A stretch of DNA of 64,000 nt from assembly GCF_018350175.1 (NCBI RefSeq), contig NC_058368.1, positions 7,936,001-8,000,000 of the forward strand. Reading direction: 5' to 3'. The notes beneath the pieces are model-generated. The model searched no databases. It was not told where the DNA came from and saw only the letters and a program-made list of their open reading frames with translations. Made by a program: the position numbers and the translations under genes. This document shows positions 14,070 to 27,104 of this stretch, in pieces. The stretch is from Felis catus. Lineage: Eukaryota. Position 1 is the first letter of the stretch. Each line of letters starts with the position of its first letter.

Positions 14070-14278
14070 ATTTTATTTTTTATTTATTTTGAGAGAGAGA
14101 GACAGAGACCGTGAGCGGAGGAAGGACAGAGAGAGACACAAACACACAGAATCTGAAGCAGGCTCCAGGCTCTGAGCTGTCAGCACAGAGCCCGACTCGG
14201 GGCTCGAACTCATGAACCGTGAGATCATGACCTGAGCTGAAGTTGGACGTTCAACCGACTGAGCCCCCCAAGTGCCCC
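14070..14278 (-). mobile_element. Can-SINE
   Basis: Head, body and tail recognisable. Confidence 0.92.
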
Positions 14279-14762
14279 CTGTTGCTTGTTTTAAAAAGAT
14301 ATGCTTTCCTACACTGATATTAAAGCATTTCCCTTATATACTTTTTTCCAAAAATAAAATCTCTTAAGAAGATTTACTTAGAGATTTGCCTTTTTTCATT
14401 TAGGTCTTTAATCCATCTGGATTTTCTTTTGGGGGCGGTATGCGTGCGGTATAAGAATTTGATTTTTACCACATCAATAATCAGTTATTCCAGCATCATT
14501 TACTGAATAATCTATTCTTCTCCCACTGAGTTATGATAACAGTTCTGTCAAGATATTAAGTTTCCATATATCTGTGTTTCTGTTTTTAGGCTCTTTGTTC
14601 ACAGTGACCCATTTATCCCACACAAGTTATGACTGCTTGATAAAATGCGTCTTGATATTTGCTACAGTGTGACCCCTTCTTCTTCATAATTATCTCAGCC
14701 CTTTACACGTCAATATGGATTTCAGTTTTAGCTAGTCGAATTCTGGGAGAAGTACTATTGGG

Positions 14763-14983
14763 TTTTAAAATTTTTTTTTTCAACGTTTATTTATTTTTGG
14801 GACAGAGAGAGACAGAGCATGAACGGGGGAGGGGCAGAGAGAGAGGGAGACACAGAATCGGAAACAGGCTCCAGGCTCTGAGCCATCAGCCCGGAGCCCG
14901 ACGTGGGGCTCGAACTCACGGACCGTGAGATCGTGACCTGGCTGAAGTCGGGCGCTTAACCGACTGTGCCACCCAGGCGCCCC
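14763..14983 (-). mobile_element. Young feline Can-SINE
   Basis: 19-bp TSD tgggagaagtactattggg at 14744-14762 and 14984-15002. Confidence 0.95.
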
Positions 14984-16744
14984 TGGGAGAAGTACTATTG
15001 GGATGTGGGTGGGGATTCCATTGAATTTATGTAATAATTTTGGGGAAAATGTGCATATTTATTTTTAGGTTGAAACAAATGAAATTGCCAATATTTTTGA
15101 CCTACAAAAATGGCTCCAAAAAGGTTCCACTGATAATAAACGCTCCCATCCAAGAATATAAAATATCTTTGGGTTGTTTGGGGATTCTTTTATGTCACCT
15201 GATAATTCTAGGCTTTTCTCTTTAAATATCTTTTCGGTTACTTTTACTCCTAGATAGGTTGTAATTTTGTTGTGATGCAAAATGGTACTGGGTTCTCTGA
15301 AGGGTCACCATATATGAATTTTCTTGTTCCCCCTTGGGTGTGAATCATTAGAACTAACACGGAGAACTCACTTAGAAACATGATGTTCTACTTTGTGCTG
15401 TTGAGATAAGATAATTTAATTGCAGGCCTGCTTGCTTCTAGAGGGATCACCTAAGTAATTTCTGACCACTGAAAATAAAAATTCCTGTCAAAACACGATT
15501 TATTTCCCTTCGCTGAGAGAAGCTGTGTCAGATTGGACGAACAGGGCACAGAGCAGGATTTGCAAGAGTAGATGTCTTCAGGGGCCGGGCGCATAACATA
15601 AATGAGTTGGGGATGAGATCATGGGAGAGGGACTGTGTCCCTCTGCGTTGTGTGGAGTGCTGAAGGACTGTCTCGCATCTAAAGGTGGAAGCATGAACTT
15701 TGCTCCAACCAGTTGGAATTGGGGAATTTGAGTCCAGTGTTGTCTTTTGAGTTTTAAAGAGAAGAGAGAAATCTGGATTTTCGATGTTAAAGCTTATGAT
15801 TTTTAAATGTCGGCAACCAAATCAACTTAGGTACATTTGCTGTGAGGGCCAACAGCAATGTGTATGCTGCGTAGACTAGACACAGCTTTGGCTCAGAGGA
15901 TGTACGTGGGATGGCGCTATTATATTTAATGAAGCAAAGACCTCCATGATCTGGCTCCTGCCTATCTTCTTCCAGCTTCTGACCCTGCTACGTCCTTCAG
16001 CGTATCCTTGGTATGAGCCATACTGATCTGGTGGCAGTTCACGATAAGTCTCCGTGACTTTGAATGGTACGAGCCACCCAGTCACCCCGGTGAGCATTCA
16101 TTTACTAATATTTAGCTCAAGGCTATCCCAGATCTTCTGAGGCACTTGAGCCCCTTCTCTATGACTCTGGCATCACCTCGCACACGCCTCTCCTCCGACA
16201 CTTAACATTTCGTAGTAAATTTGCTGACTTCCTTCCGTGCCCACGCCACTGCCTTATTCATTACCGAGCCCTCAGGGTCTAGCACTGTGCCAACAGAGAG
16301 CAGACCCTCAGAATCCAAGGACACGGCCAAATAAACCAAGACCATGGAAAATGGAATTGAGGGGGTGAGAAAAGGCATGAGCTCTGCAGCGTTTGCTGAA
16401 TATTATTAAGCCGAGGAAGGCAGTAGTTAACGCGGTCTCCCTGTGTGGCGGTATTGACTGACGACCTACGGACCCAACTCTCCCCGGGCGGTAAGGCTGT
16501 ATGTCAGTTTTTATTATCTTAAGATTCAAAGAGCTGTAGATCCTAGAGCTTAGAAATGTAAACTCAGTTTCATAGGTCTGCTAGAGTAAAATTTTTACAC
16601 GGAGTTGTTTTTGCAGGGACGTGTACTCCAAGGAAATCTGGTGACGGCACCCAGGGTAAGGGCTTGAAGCATCTACTATGTTGGCTGCTGCTGAGGGTTT
16701 TAGATCAGAGTTTGTGACGATGCTGGCCTGTATATGTATCCAAG

Positions 16745-16924
16745 GGAGGCGGTCAGCTGAGCCTCCTACTCTTGATTTGGGCTCACGTCATGATCTCATG
16801 GTTTGGGAGTTCAAGCCCCGCATCGGGCTCTGCGCTGACAGCATGGAGCCTGCATGGGATTCTCTCTCTCTCTGCCCCTCCCACCTCTCTCTCTCTCTCT
16901 CTCTCAAAAAAAAAATATATATGC

Positions 16925-16955
<31 letters not shown>

Positions 16956-16977
16956 CACACATATACATACATACACA
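16745..16977 (+). mobile_element. 5'-degenerate Can-SINE with (AT)n/(AC)n microsatellite tail
   Basis: SINE body, (CT)n, A run grading into AT/AC repeats. Confidence 0.85.
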
Positions 16978-17640
16978 ACCCCTTCAGTTTTTAGTATTTT
17001 CGAGGGATTTTATAATTAATTTTCTTTCTTTCCTCGATACCATAAGGTGAAGGACAATCATGCCATTTTATATATAAGCAGCACATTGTCCAGGGAAGGG
17101 CATGAAATAGAACTTTAATCCAATTCACACTGAGTAGATGCATCTGTAGATCTTTTAAATTAACCTGTGTGACTACATCAGTGCATACCGTGTGTTTTTC
17201 TCCTGGTGTTTACACAAAAATCTGACTCATTGTTTCCTAAATTGGCCGGCTGGTCTGATCAGTGACTCCTGTTTTGATGCTCAGCTGAGCGTCTTAACTT
17301 CTGACTGACAGAACATGTCCATCCAGTTTGGCCAAATTAATCGACATAATCAAAACTCTCTTCTTCAGCCATCAAAGGCCTGTTCAGATGACACCTCCTC
17401 CATGAAGCCTCCTTGGATCATGCCAATCAGGGGTGCTAATCGGCAGCGCATGGAATTTTATACCCTTCACATTGCGTACTTACAAATTGACTTGTACCTA
17501 TTATGTGTCAGTTTTTCAAAGGTAAGGGTTAAGTTTCACCCGTTTTCATTTTCTCTAGAGTATGACAAAGTGTCTGGCTCATGGAATAGGGAATTAATAG
17601 ATGTTAGGTTTAATAAAATAAAAAGTAAATTCGGCGGGGT

Positions 17641-17770
17641 GGGGGGCACTTGGCTGGCTCAGTCGGAAGAGCATGCAACCCTTGATCTTGAGGCTGTGAG
17701 TTCAAGCCCCACATAGGGTGTAGAGAATGCTAAAAAATAAGTAAGTAAACATTTAAAAACGTTTGAAAAA
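17641..17770 (+). mobile_element. Short tRNA-like Can-SINE (no CT tract)
   Basis: GGGCACTTGGCTGGCTCAGTCGGAAGAGCATG head; aaaagtaaatt repeated on both flanks. Confidence 0.85.
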
Positions 17771-17775
17771 AGTAA

Positions 17776-17875
17776 ATTGTTATGATAGTGTTGGCTCTCC
17801 AGCAAAATAATTTGAGATTAGCCCATGATATATTTCTGATAAACAGTAGCCATGAGGATGGTGATGCATCCAGTT
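17776..17875 (-). other. Non-exonic orthologue of primate FLT1 exon 15a
   Basis: AACTGGATGCATCACCATCCTCATGGCTAC...GCTGGAGAGCCAACACTATCATAACAAT resembles recalled human e15a start and UTR; preceded by AC rather than AG. Confidence 0.6.
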
Positions 17876-17914
17876 GTGGGTCCATGATAAATCATACCTT
17901 TAGATTGATACCTC

Positions 17915-18124
17915 TTTTTTTTTTTAATGTCTATTTATTTTTGAGAGACAGAGAGAGAGGGAGGGAGGGGGGCAGAGAGAGAAGAAGACACATAATCTGA
18001 AGCAGGCTCCAAGGCTCTGGGCTGTCAGCACAGAGCCCTACGTGGGGCTCGAAGCCACTAACGAGTGAGATCATGACCTGAGCCGAAGTCGGACGCCTCA
18101 CCAACCGAGCCACCCAGGCGCTCC
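17915..18124 (-). mobile_element. Can-SINE
   Basis: TSD tagattg(a/c)tacctctt. Confidence 0.93.
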
Positions 18125-18511
18125 TAGATTGCTACCTCTTAAAGGAACTGATGAGCTAAGAGCTGTATCTGAACAAAGCACCAGAAGAGCCAAAATAGAG
18201 ATTAAAGATGGCTAAAGTGATCCAAGAACACTAGAGACTGGATGTCTGACTGACTTCCCACAAAGAACACAGAGGAGAGTTTACATATCCAGTCAAACTT
18301 CAGAGGTTTAGAAAACTATGGGTAAGAGAAATCCAAGTTGAGTAGCTGCAAAGGCTGACAAGTTTGGGAAGTGAAGGATGATGGGCTCATTAAACGGCAC
18401 TGAAAATGCAAACGATTCCAGGGTTTTCAAATGGTCACCATGCAGCTGCTGCTTTCTCTGTTGAGAATTTTACCCTAAGGTCAAGCCACAGGGCAAAGCA
18501 TTTGCAGATGT

Positions 18512-18566
18512 AAAACAAAACAAAACAAAACAAAACAAAACAAAACAAAACAAAACAAAACAAAAC
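18512..18566. repeat. (AAAAC)n microsatellite
   Basis: About 11 tandem AAAAC units. Confidence 0.95.
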
Positions 18567-19926
18567 GTCGAGGAAGGGTAGAATAATTTGAGACAGAGTG
18601 AAAAGTAGCCTTACGATAATATGTGTTAAGCTGAAGAGAATTATGAGATGCTTAAAACACATGGGCTGAAGGAGTTCTGATGGGCTATGTGATCCCTGGT
18701 GAGACGGTTTGCTCTTTAGCCATGAAAAGACAGAGAAGAGGGGCTCTTGGAAAAGAATAAGACTGAGAACAGTGGGGGGGGGGGGGGATGCTGCATAATA
18801 TTCCTCTTCATGAAACCACTGAAAAAGGGAAAAGCCACAAACAAAGGTCCTTTCATTTGGGACAATGTCTACTGCTTCACTAGCTTAATTTACAAGTCTG
18901 GGTTATGCTAACAGAATAGTTTCCAAAAGCTGCCAAGAAATTGTAAACTGGTTGACTTGAAGGGGTTATAGTTAACGTGAGCACCTTGAAACTGTGCCCA
19001 ACACACATGTATTTCTAAACATTTGAAAATGAAAAGCATTCTTGCGCCCTTTCGCGGCGAACTCGGCTGTTGTTCTAATGAAGCATTTCAAGATGATTCA
19101 GGCACTTGAAAAACGTGTCAGGAGGTGCTAAGTCTATAGTTGTACAGAGCTGATAGCTAAGGTTTTAGCGTTCCTATCTATGAATTATAAACCCGCACAT
19201 GTGCCCGGGCACACACATGCACTCATTCCTGCTTCAACACATTCCTGTGACATGGTCAGATTTGTCAGAGCTCCTCGATGAGGTCGGATGCATTTATACT
19301 GCAGAATAGAGCCATTCATCCAAAGTGGCCATTCTGTGTAGAGTGAGGGAGTGTGTCTATGACCAGTAAAGTGTTAGCACTGCATCGCATAGAGGTCAAA
19401 GTCTAGAAAGCGTTTTCCATCAGCATAGGAATAGTTAAAATTATGGGACTACATACCATATTAAAGGGTATGGAGGCTAAAAAGACGGGAGCAGGACATT
19501 ATGTGCTGATACAGGAAGACCTCCAAGACACGCGGTGAACAAAGCAAGTCATCAAACAAAACACGTTGCATGATGTCAACTCAGATTTGTCTTAGAGATG
19601 CTGGCTTCTCTCTCTCTCTCCCTCTCCTCTCTTACCGACACAGGGTTGGCTTTCAGTGAATAGCTGTTGAATGAATGAATGACTGAATCCCATTTATTAT
19701 TTGCTCCGCAAATATGGATGCCCTGCATGTGTATACCTGCACCTTACATAGGCAAAAAGCGGTAAAGTTGTCAACAAAATACAAATCAAACACTTGACGT
19801 GTGTTAACTCCCCGTAAGGACATTTTTTATAGCTTATGCTGTTTCCGTGCCATGTGATCTTTCACAATGAAAACGTATTCGTGTATTATAGAATTTAAAA
19901 AAAGATAGTCTTACAAATGAAATTAT

Positions 19927-20183
19927 GGGGGTGCCTGGGTGGCTCAGTCGGTTAAGCGTCCAACTCTTGATTTTGGCTCAGGTCATGATCTCACGGTTCA
20001 CGAGGTTAAGCCTCGCATCAGGCTCTATGCTGATAGTGCAGAGCCTGCTTAGGATTCTCTCTCTCTTCCCTCACCCACTCGTGCTCACTTGCTCTCTCTC
20101 AAAATAAATAGTAAACTTCAAAAAAAATGAATTATGGGCCTCTTTACCATCAGCAAAGAGTCACTGAATGAAAGTTTAAAAGG

Positions 20184-20236
<53 letters not shown>

Positions 20237-20789
20237 CACACACACACATCTCCAAATAGTTTAACATTTGCAAAACTTTCAAATTTTTTTTAATGTTTAT
20301 TTATCTTTGAGAGAGAGAACGTGAGCAGGGGAGGGGCAGAGAGAGAGGAAGACACAGAATCCGAAGCAGGTTCCAGACCCTGAGCTGTCAGCACAGAGCC
20401 CGATGTGGGGCTTGAACTCACGAGCTGAGCTGTGAGATCACGACCTGAGCCAAAGTTGGATGCTTAACTGACTGAGCCACTCAGGTGCCCCCGTTTGCCA
20501 AACTTAATATTGACTATGTATACAATGATGAAATATTTTCGAAGCAAGAAAAGTAGGTTTATACTTCACAACAATGTATGATTTTGGATTAAAGGGTCGC
20601 CTGGGTGGCTCAGTCGGCTAAGCATCCAGCTTCGGCTCAAGCCATGAACTCAAGTCATGATCTCACTGTTCGTGAGTTTGAGCCCCGCATCGGGCTCTCT
20701 GCTGTTAGCGCAGACACCACTTCAGATCTTCTGTCCCAACGCCCCCCCCTCAAAAATAAACAAACATTTAAAAAAAAAACTTAAAAAAG
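19927..20789. mobile_element. Three alternating Can-SINEs: 19927-20127 (+), 20284-20491 (-), 20594-20789 (+), with (TA)n(CA)n at about 20184-20249
   Basis: SINE heads and tails; TSD-like flanks aaatgaa(a)ttatggg and tttgc(a/c)aaactt. Confidence 0.9.
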
Positions 20790-21711
20790 AGGCTAAACCA
20801 AAATCTATTCCATCAGAAGACTGGCCCCCCTACAGAATGCTTATGAGTGAGTGTGTGTGTGTGTGTGGGGGGGGTGTTGGGGTACATGATATACGTTTGC
20901 CGTGCTTTATTTCATTTTTCAGTGGTGGCCAGCTGAATTATGACGGAGTTGAATGAGATGGCTACACTAATATACAATCGAATCGTTTAAGGCTCCTTAG
21001 AAGCAGGAGATAATGCAAAAATGAAGCTATCGCTTGAATATGGGCTGGACGAGGAACGAACTTTCTCAGTTTGACTCTATTCAGTCACGTAAGCAATGGC
21101 AAATTCATAGACTAGGTTATCTCCAAATACGTTTGTTTCTGTATTTCCCTTCATTGGATTGGGACTCCCCAGCTGCATTGCTGTCTGTCACTGTAGGTCT
21201 GGGTTAAACTGTTTCAAGTTTGTACTTGGGGGGACGAGGGGTTCCAGTGTAAATTCTGGACACGTGAAACAGAAAAACCTCATTGAATCGTTCTGCTAAG
21301 AGACGGAGGTGCACAATTATCTAAGGTGGATCGTCAGGCAGTCTTCAGTGTAAGCAGCAAATTGCAGATTGGGGGGTGGAGACCTCTTCCCTCTCCAAGC
21401 GCCCAGACAGCGGCTGTTAGTTTTGGGGTTAGTGACTTTGGACAGGGTGCAGTCCTGAGATCTCTGGGGCGAGCTCTTGGAAGGGTCTGCCCTCTCTCTT
21501 CCCCTATCTCATCCCCATATGTCTCGATTTCTCTTCTCTTTGTTTTTCTTCATTCCCAAGTTCTTTTTCTCTGCTACCGGTCCCTCAAGCACTGGCTGGT
21601 CGTCAAACAAAACAGGCTGCTGATCTTGGCCGTGCTCACACTCCAGTTCCGTGCGTGGCAAGAGGTCACAAAAAGAATCAAAAGACGAGGTTCATTCACA
21701 GTCAAAAAGCT

Positions 21712-21866
21712 TTAATGGGTATAAGGTTTCTGTTTGAGGTGCTGAAAAAGTTCTGAAACTAGATAGTGGTGATGGTTGCACAACTTTGTGACTGTGCTTA
21801 GTGCCACTGAATTGTACACGTTAACGATTAAATGGTAAAATTTACGTCATGTGCATTTTGCCACAC
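21712..21866 (+). mobile_element. L1MB-like 3' UTR fragment
   Basis: aatgggtataaggtttctgtttgagg...gatagtggtgatggttgcacaactttgtg...gccactgaattgtacac is a typical L1M 3' end. Confidence 0.8.
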
Positions 21867-24299
21867 ACACACACGCACACACACACAAAGGCGGGGGGTG
21901 GGGAGGCCCTTTCTGAAGTGACGCTCACATTCTCAAGTTCGTTTTTTATTTCTTATGGTCTAAATTTTTCATTTCATTTGAAAATCAAGAGGACTTTCAG
22001 AAAGCACCAAAGACTCAAATGACCAGCAGACAGCCCCGCTATTTACGAGCGGGTCTGTGCGGTCTGCCGTGTGATCCCCTCGGCTGGGTCTTGCTGTGGC
22101 TCACACGTTTCAGGAGGCTTTTCTGGGCTGGATGGGGATAAGGATGCTGTACCGGAAGGCGCGTCCAGGCAATTTTCTTTGGGCAAAGCGTTACGATATG
22201 ATTAGCTACATATGTATGTATGTGCAAGACCTAAATAAATGACAGTATTTCAGCAAAGAGTCATATTTGGATGTCAAGATTGATTCTCCATAAATAACTT
22301 CTGGCGATTTTGAATACAAAAATGGGACTCTACCCACAGGTTATCTTACTTTTCTGAGGGTGAACCATGGTCGCACTGAACCAGCCGGACATCAACAAGC
22401 AGTCGCAGACTTGCGTAAAGTGTCAGTCTCCATTTCTTCACCACGTCAAGGCTGTGATCAAAGTCAGGGTTCCTCTTTCGTCTGGGGTTGGGCTTGCAGC
22501 TCTGAACTCCAGCAGTACCAATCAAGACGTTTTCCTTGCTGTTACCTCACTGTACTCTTTCCTTAATTCCACTCCTTTCTCCTCACCTTCTAAATGGAAG
22601 TCGATCCTTAGAAAAGAACCGAGTTTTGGCTCCGCAACATCTTCAGAACGCCCCCTATGCTTCTATTGTCGTTGGGGGATACGACTCAACCTTGAGAATT
22701 TGTTGGAAGATTCTGGCTGGGGAAAGAAGCTACTGGTATGGTCACTTGTGAAGCTTGGCCCTTCTTGGTCTGGGTACATGGACCCCCCCCCCCCCGCCCC
22801 TTACCTTAAAGACACATATTGGAGAGAAAGGACACCGAGAGCAGCTGCTCAGCCAATCACATCAGCGGACTGATGGGGCTCGGTGGGGGTGATAAATAGA
22901 GCAGTCAGCTCCCCCTCCCACGCACTCCCCAACGTGTTCCAGGAATCCCGTACACGCTTTCCTGCAATGTTTCTTCATTCATTATGCACCATAAAGGTGG
23001 ATTTCATAAGACAATTACCACTCAGGTTTTGCAAAAGCTAATTAACATTTCTGAATTTTATGTTCTGTAAGACATCAAGCGAAGCTGTGGATTCTGAGGG
23101 TGACAGTCACATTATTACCCCTAGGTATTAACACCCTCACTCACTTCTCTCCTCTACCTTCCTCAAGATCTTTCCTAGCTCTATGAAAACCACTTTGTAT
23201 TTCAGCCATCATTTCTGTTCCCCCTGAAGTCCGAGGGCAGCTGGTCACGTTCATGTGAATATGCACTTTACAGGTGAAGATGTTTCGTATCAGGGATCTA
23301 GTGGTGACAGGAAAGATGTCCCTTTCAGGTCATTAGATACATAGTCCTAGTAACCAAGATCCAACTTAGGAAGCGGTATTAATCAGCGGGTCAGAGTGAT
23401 TCTCTCCTACCCCAGCCTCAGGCTACTTAAGAGCAAATCTATTCTTTCTCAGCTCTTTGTTATTTCCAATCTTAAAATAGCCTAATCTTAAACTTAAAAT
23501 AGCTCTAATCTTAACGTAGTCTGAAACGTTTTGCTGCCACAGAAATGTAATTTACGCAATAGGTCGCTGACGGTTTCTCGGTTCAGGGAAGGTTTTACCA
23601 AAAACGTCTCAGGGTGGCACTGTTTTCTGCTCTCTTAAATATTTTCGGAGGAAAGTTTGTTACTTTTTCCAGCATTTTAATGACTTTTTCAGAAATCCCA
23701 CTTTTCTCTGCACAATCAGGTTTGCGCTTGTGTCGATGCAAAACGAAGCTAGACAGGCCGCCTTCTGGATCCGCTTCGCACCCTCATCTGGTGTCCTTAC
23801 GGAGCCATCCGCTCCGTGCCAACAGCCCCACCTGCATGCTTGCCCAGCTCTGTCACAGCTCTGAACACTTTTAGGACCTCGGTGGAGAATCTGGGAAGAG
23901 TGTGAGGTAGAAAGGTGACTTTCTGATCATTTTGGAGGAACTGCCGGGCCCTTGAGAAGGTGGCTGGAGCAGTGCTGAGGAGGAGGTCATATGTCCTCCA
24001 CGGTGACTTCAGACCATTGCCCCAAGGCTGGGTGCAAACCCTTTAAATTTTCAACCCAATGGAAATGGATGTTTCTTAGATGAGCTTTGCAGCCTGTATA
24101 CTCCTGAGAATCAAACCGTACTCGAAACAGCCAGTGGCCAGTAGAATCCACCCCTAACTTCCCATCGGTCCTTCCGTGTTACATTGGTCTTTCCTGTCCG
24201 GTCCTGGACATTCTACTCACTTTAGCTGATCAATTCTCTCTTCACCTGTCTTTTCAGAGTAAATATGTCTCAGACTGCCTTTCTCTTCAACACTCTTCA

Positions 24300-24579
24300 G
24301 GAGAGACAGAGACGGAGCAGGAGAGGAGCAGAGAGAGAGGGAGACACAGAATCCAAAGCAGGCTCCAGGCTCTGAGCCATCAGCCCAGAGCCCGACGCGG
24401 GGCTAGAACTCACAAACTGCGAGATCGTGACCCGAGCCGAAGTCGGACGCTCAACCGACTGAGCCACCCAGGCGCCCCTTGAGATTTTATTTCTAAGTAA
24501 TCTCTATATCCAACGTGGGCTCGAACCCACAACCCTGAGATCAAGAGTCGCATGCTCCACCGATCCGGCCAGGCGCCCC
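24300..24579 (-). mobile_element. Composite SINE: short tRNA-like monomer (24479-24579) followed by a tailless Can-SINE (24300-24478)
   Basis: Two head-to-tail GGGGCGCCTGG heads on the minus strand; the A tail of the second is missing. Confidence 0.85.
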
Positions 24580-26100
24580 GTGGGCATGCCTGCTTTTAAA
24601 AAAAAAAAAAAGTTTTAAATATTTTTATATGGTTTACATTTTTAACATTTAAGAAATAAACTGCAGTCTTTGGGGAGCTTAAGCTTTAAGGGTTAGAAAG
24701 GAGAAAATATTGTTTGACGAATATGACGTTAATATCCACGGAGTCACTAAAACTTGTGACTTGGAAGTGATACACAGGCGCAGTCAGCCCCACACGCCCA
24801 GTGTTCGGAGTGTGGGCCCCAGAGTCAAGGTCTGGTCCCAGCCTCTGCCCACCAGGCACCGGCTCTGTGATCTGGAGGCCGCTATTTCTCCTCTCTGTGC
24901 GTCTGTGTCCTCGTTCCATCCTTTGGAAAACAGGCGTCGTAATTTAGCAAGACTCCTAAGATTGTTATGAAGGGGAAACTAATCGACCTTAGTGACGCGC
25001 TCAGAACAGGCACAGGCACCCAGTCAGCGCTCGTGAAGTTAAACTACATCTGCCAAATGCATCTCCTAACGGTACCTACCTCTGATGACAGTTGTGAAAA
25101 GTGAATGAGGTCGTTGTCAAGGTCACACAGTGCCTTGGTTCCTGGTTGAGCGCTCAAGGCATTTTTATTTAATGAAGAAGACCTGTTAAGCTATTAGGTC
25201 TTCAGAGCTTTTAAAAACGGGCACACATAAAACTAGAGAATAACCCTTCTGTGACATGAACTGCAAATAAACCAGACATGGAAGGAAAGGAAGGGTCCCG
25301 ACGTACTAGAATGAGAAAGAAGGATCTCCAGTGGAGGCAGCCTCTGTGGTTCCCAGGAGGGGAAATAAAGACCCTCCAGGAGTGGTGGGAGTCCAGGGTG
25401 ACTTGGGGCCCCAGAGGCCCTGGAGGGCCGGCAGCTGGGCTGGCGTGGAGGGCCGCTCCATGGGTGGTGGGCGTGTGGTTTGCAGGTGCCTGCTTGCTTC
25501 TCCCCGGGGTTGCCCTGGCGGAGGCTGCCTCGCGTCCCCCGTGCACACGCTTTCCGGGGCCTGTGTGCTTATCATCCCTTTTTTCCTGCAGATGCCCCGT
25601 GGCCCAAGAAAGTCCTGCTCAGCTTTCGTCAGGCTTTCTCGAAACTGCGTTTCTTCTCTAGGATGGCTGTGCCCCTCTGAAGGGTTTCCTGAAAGGAAAT
25701 GAGGAGGGAGGAGAAAAGTTCTCCCCTTATGGTCTTTCAGCAGGCATTTTACGGCCACTCGTCCTGAGCACAAGCTCTCACGTGTGCCCTGCTTCCTCTC
25801 TCATATTTTCTTTGGACTCGGGTGCGTTGCCATTTAACAAATGACAATGATGATGGGCCAGATCCTATCAATGACCCAAGGCCACCGAAATCCTCTCGGT
25901 ATATAAATGGTTTTTGAGTCGCCACGTGTCGCAAGTCTTTAAAGGACGTGCAATTTATTTTCTGGCTCTTTAAACTTGAAATAATCAGCTTAACTGATTT
26001 CAAGCCATTATCTATTTATATTTGATTATATGTTTTCTATTTGTAAATGTTGTATTTATAATTATATATTTCGTTACATATATTTAATTGTATATTTTAG

Positions 26101-26541
26101 TTTTTTTTTAATGTTTGTTTTTGAGAGAGAGAGAGAGAGACAGAGACAGAATGTGAGCAGGGGAAGGGCAGAGAGAGGAGGAGACACAGAATCCGAAGCA
26201 GGCTCCAGGCTCTGAGCTGTCAGCACAGAGCCCGACGCGGGGCTCGAACCACGAACCGTGAGATCGGGACCTGAGCTGAAGTTGGACACTTAACCGACTG
26301 AGCCACCCAGGTGCCCCTTAATTATATGTTTTATATTTGTAAATATACATTTATAATTATATATTTCATTATACATTTAAGTATTACTTAGGCTTTAAAA
26401 TTTACTCTCAGTATAGCTTTCCAAAGGCTTAGAATCCCAAGCAGGCTCCACACTGTCAGGGCAGAGCCTGATGTGGAGCTCGAACCCACGAACTACGAAA
26501 TCATGACCTGAGCTGAAATCAAGAGTTGGATGCTTAACCAA
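26101..26541 (-). mobile_element. Two Can-SINEs (26101-26317 full; 26431-26541 3'-truncated)
   Basis: SINE heads and bodies within AT-rich sequence. Confidence 0.9.
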
Positions 26542-27104
26542 CGGAGCCGCCCAGGTGCCCCAGTTCAACTCTAATTCTTTAACCCACATCCAAAGTATGA
26601 AAACTCAACATCAGCCAAATTTACGTCTTTCAAAGAAACACCCAACATCTTAGATTAGTATTTTGTAAAATGTATTTGGTGATCAAGTTAGTTGGGGGAA
26701 TACTTTAAAGAAGTTTGCCTGGTTTCTTTAAAACAGGACTTCTTGAGGTCTTTGATATACTAACGTGGACTCTGAATCGCTAAAGGGAGACTATTCCAGG
26801 CACTGTTTCCCAACACAAACGTGTTTATTCGTGTGTTCATTCATCCTTTTGTTTTGGTAGAATGCCTCAAGGGATTCGTTTTCTGTGAAACAACCTATCT
26901 AAGATAGGTTGTGTCATTTTGGGCAAATCATTTTACCTCGCTGGGTCTAAATGTTCGATTCTACAAATGGAACTAGAGATACCCCAACGGTCCCTTTAGC
27001 TTTAAAAATCCTAAGATAGAGTCTCCCCAACCACCCGGAAGTCCAGACATCTGTGCTACTAGGTGAACCTCGCTGAGGACAGAATAAAATTTTCTGAAAA
27101 ACGT

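Larger units (their letters stand above)
12730..15290 (-). mobile_element. Ancient L1M 3' region interrupted by three SINEs
   Basis: Degenerate L1-like motifs (ttaatttgcatttc-like, tttaggtctttaatccatctgga, ttccagcatcatttactgaata, cattgaatttatgtaataattttggggaaaat); boundaries approximate. Confidence 0.65.

Noticed and set aside
22340..22873. Coding-looking stretch (168-aa plus ORF; donor-like AAG|GTAAGG on minus near 22804)
   Set aside because: The minus frame I read hits early stops and neither strand resembles a protein I know; no supportable exon or retrocopy without BLAST.
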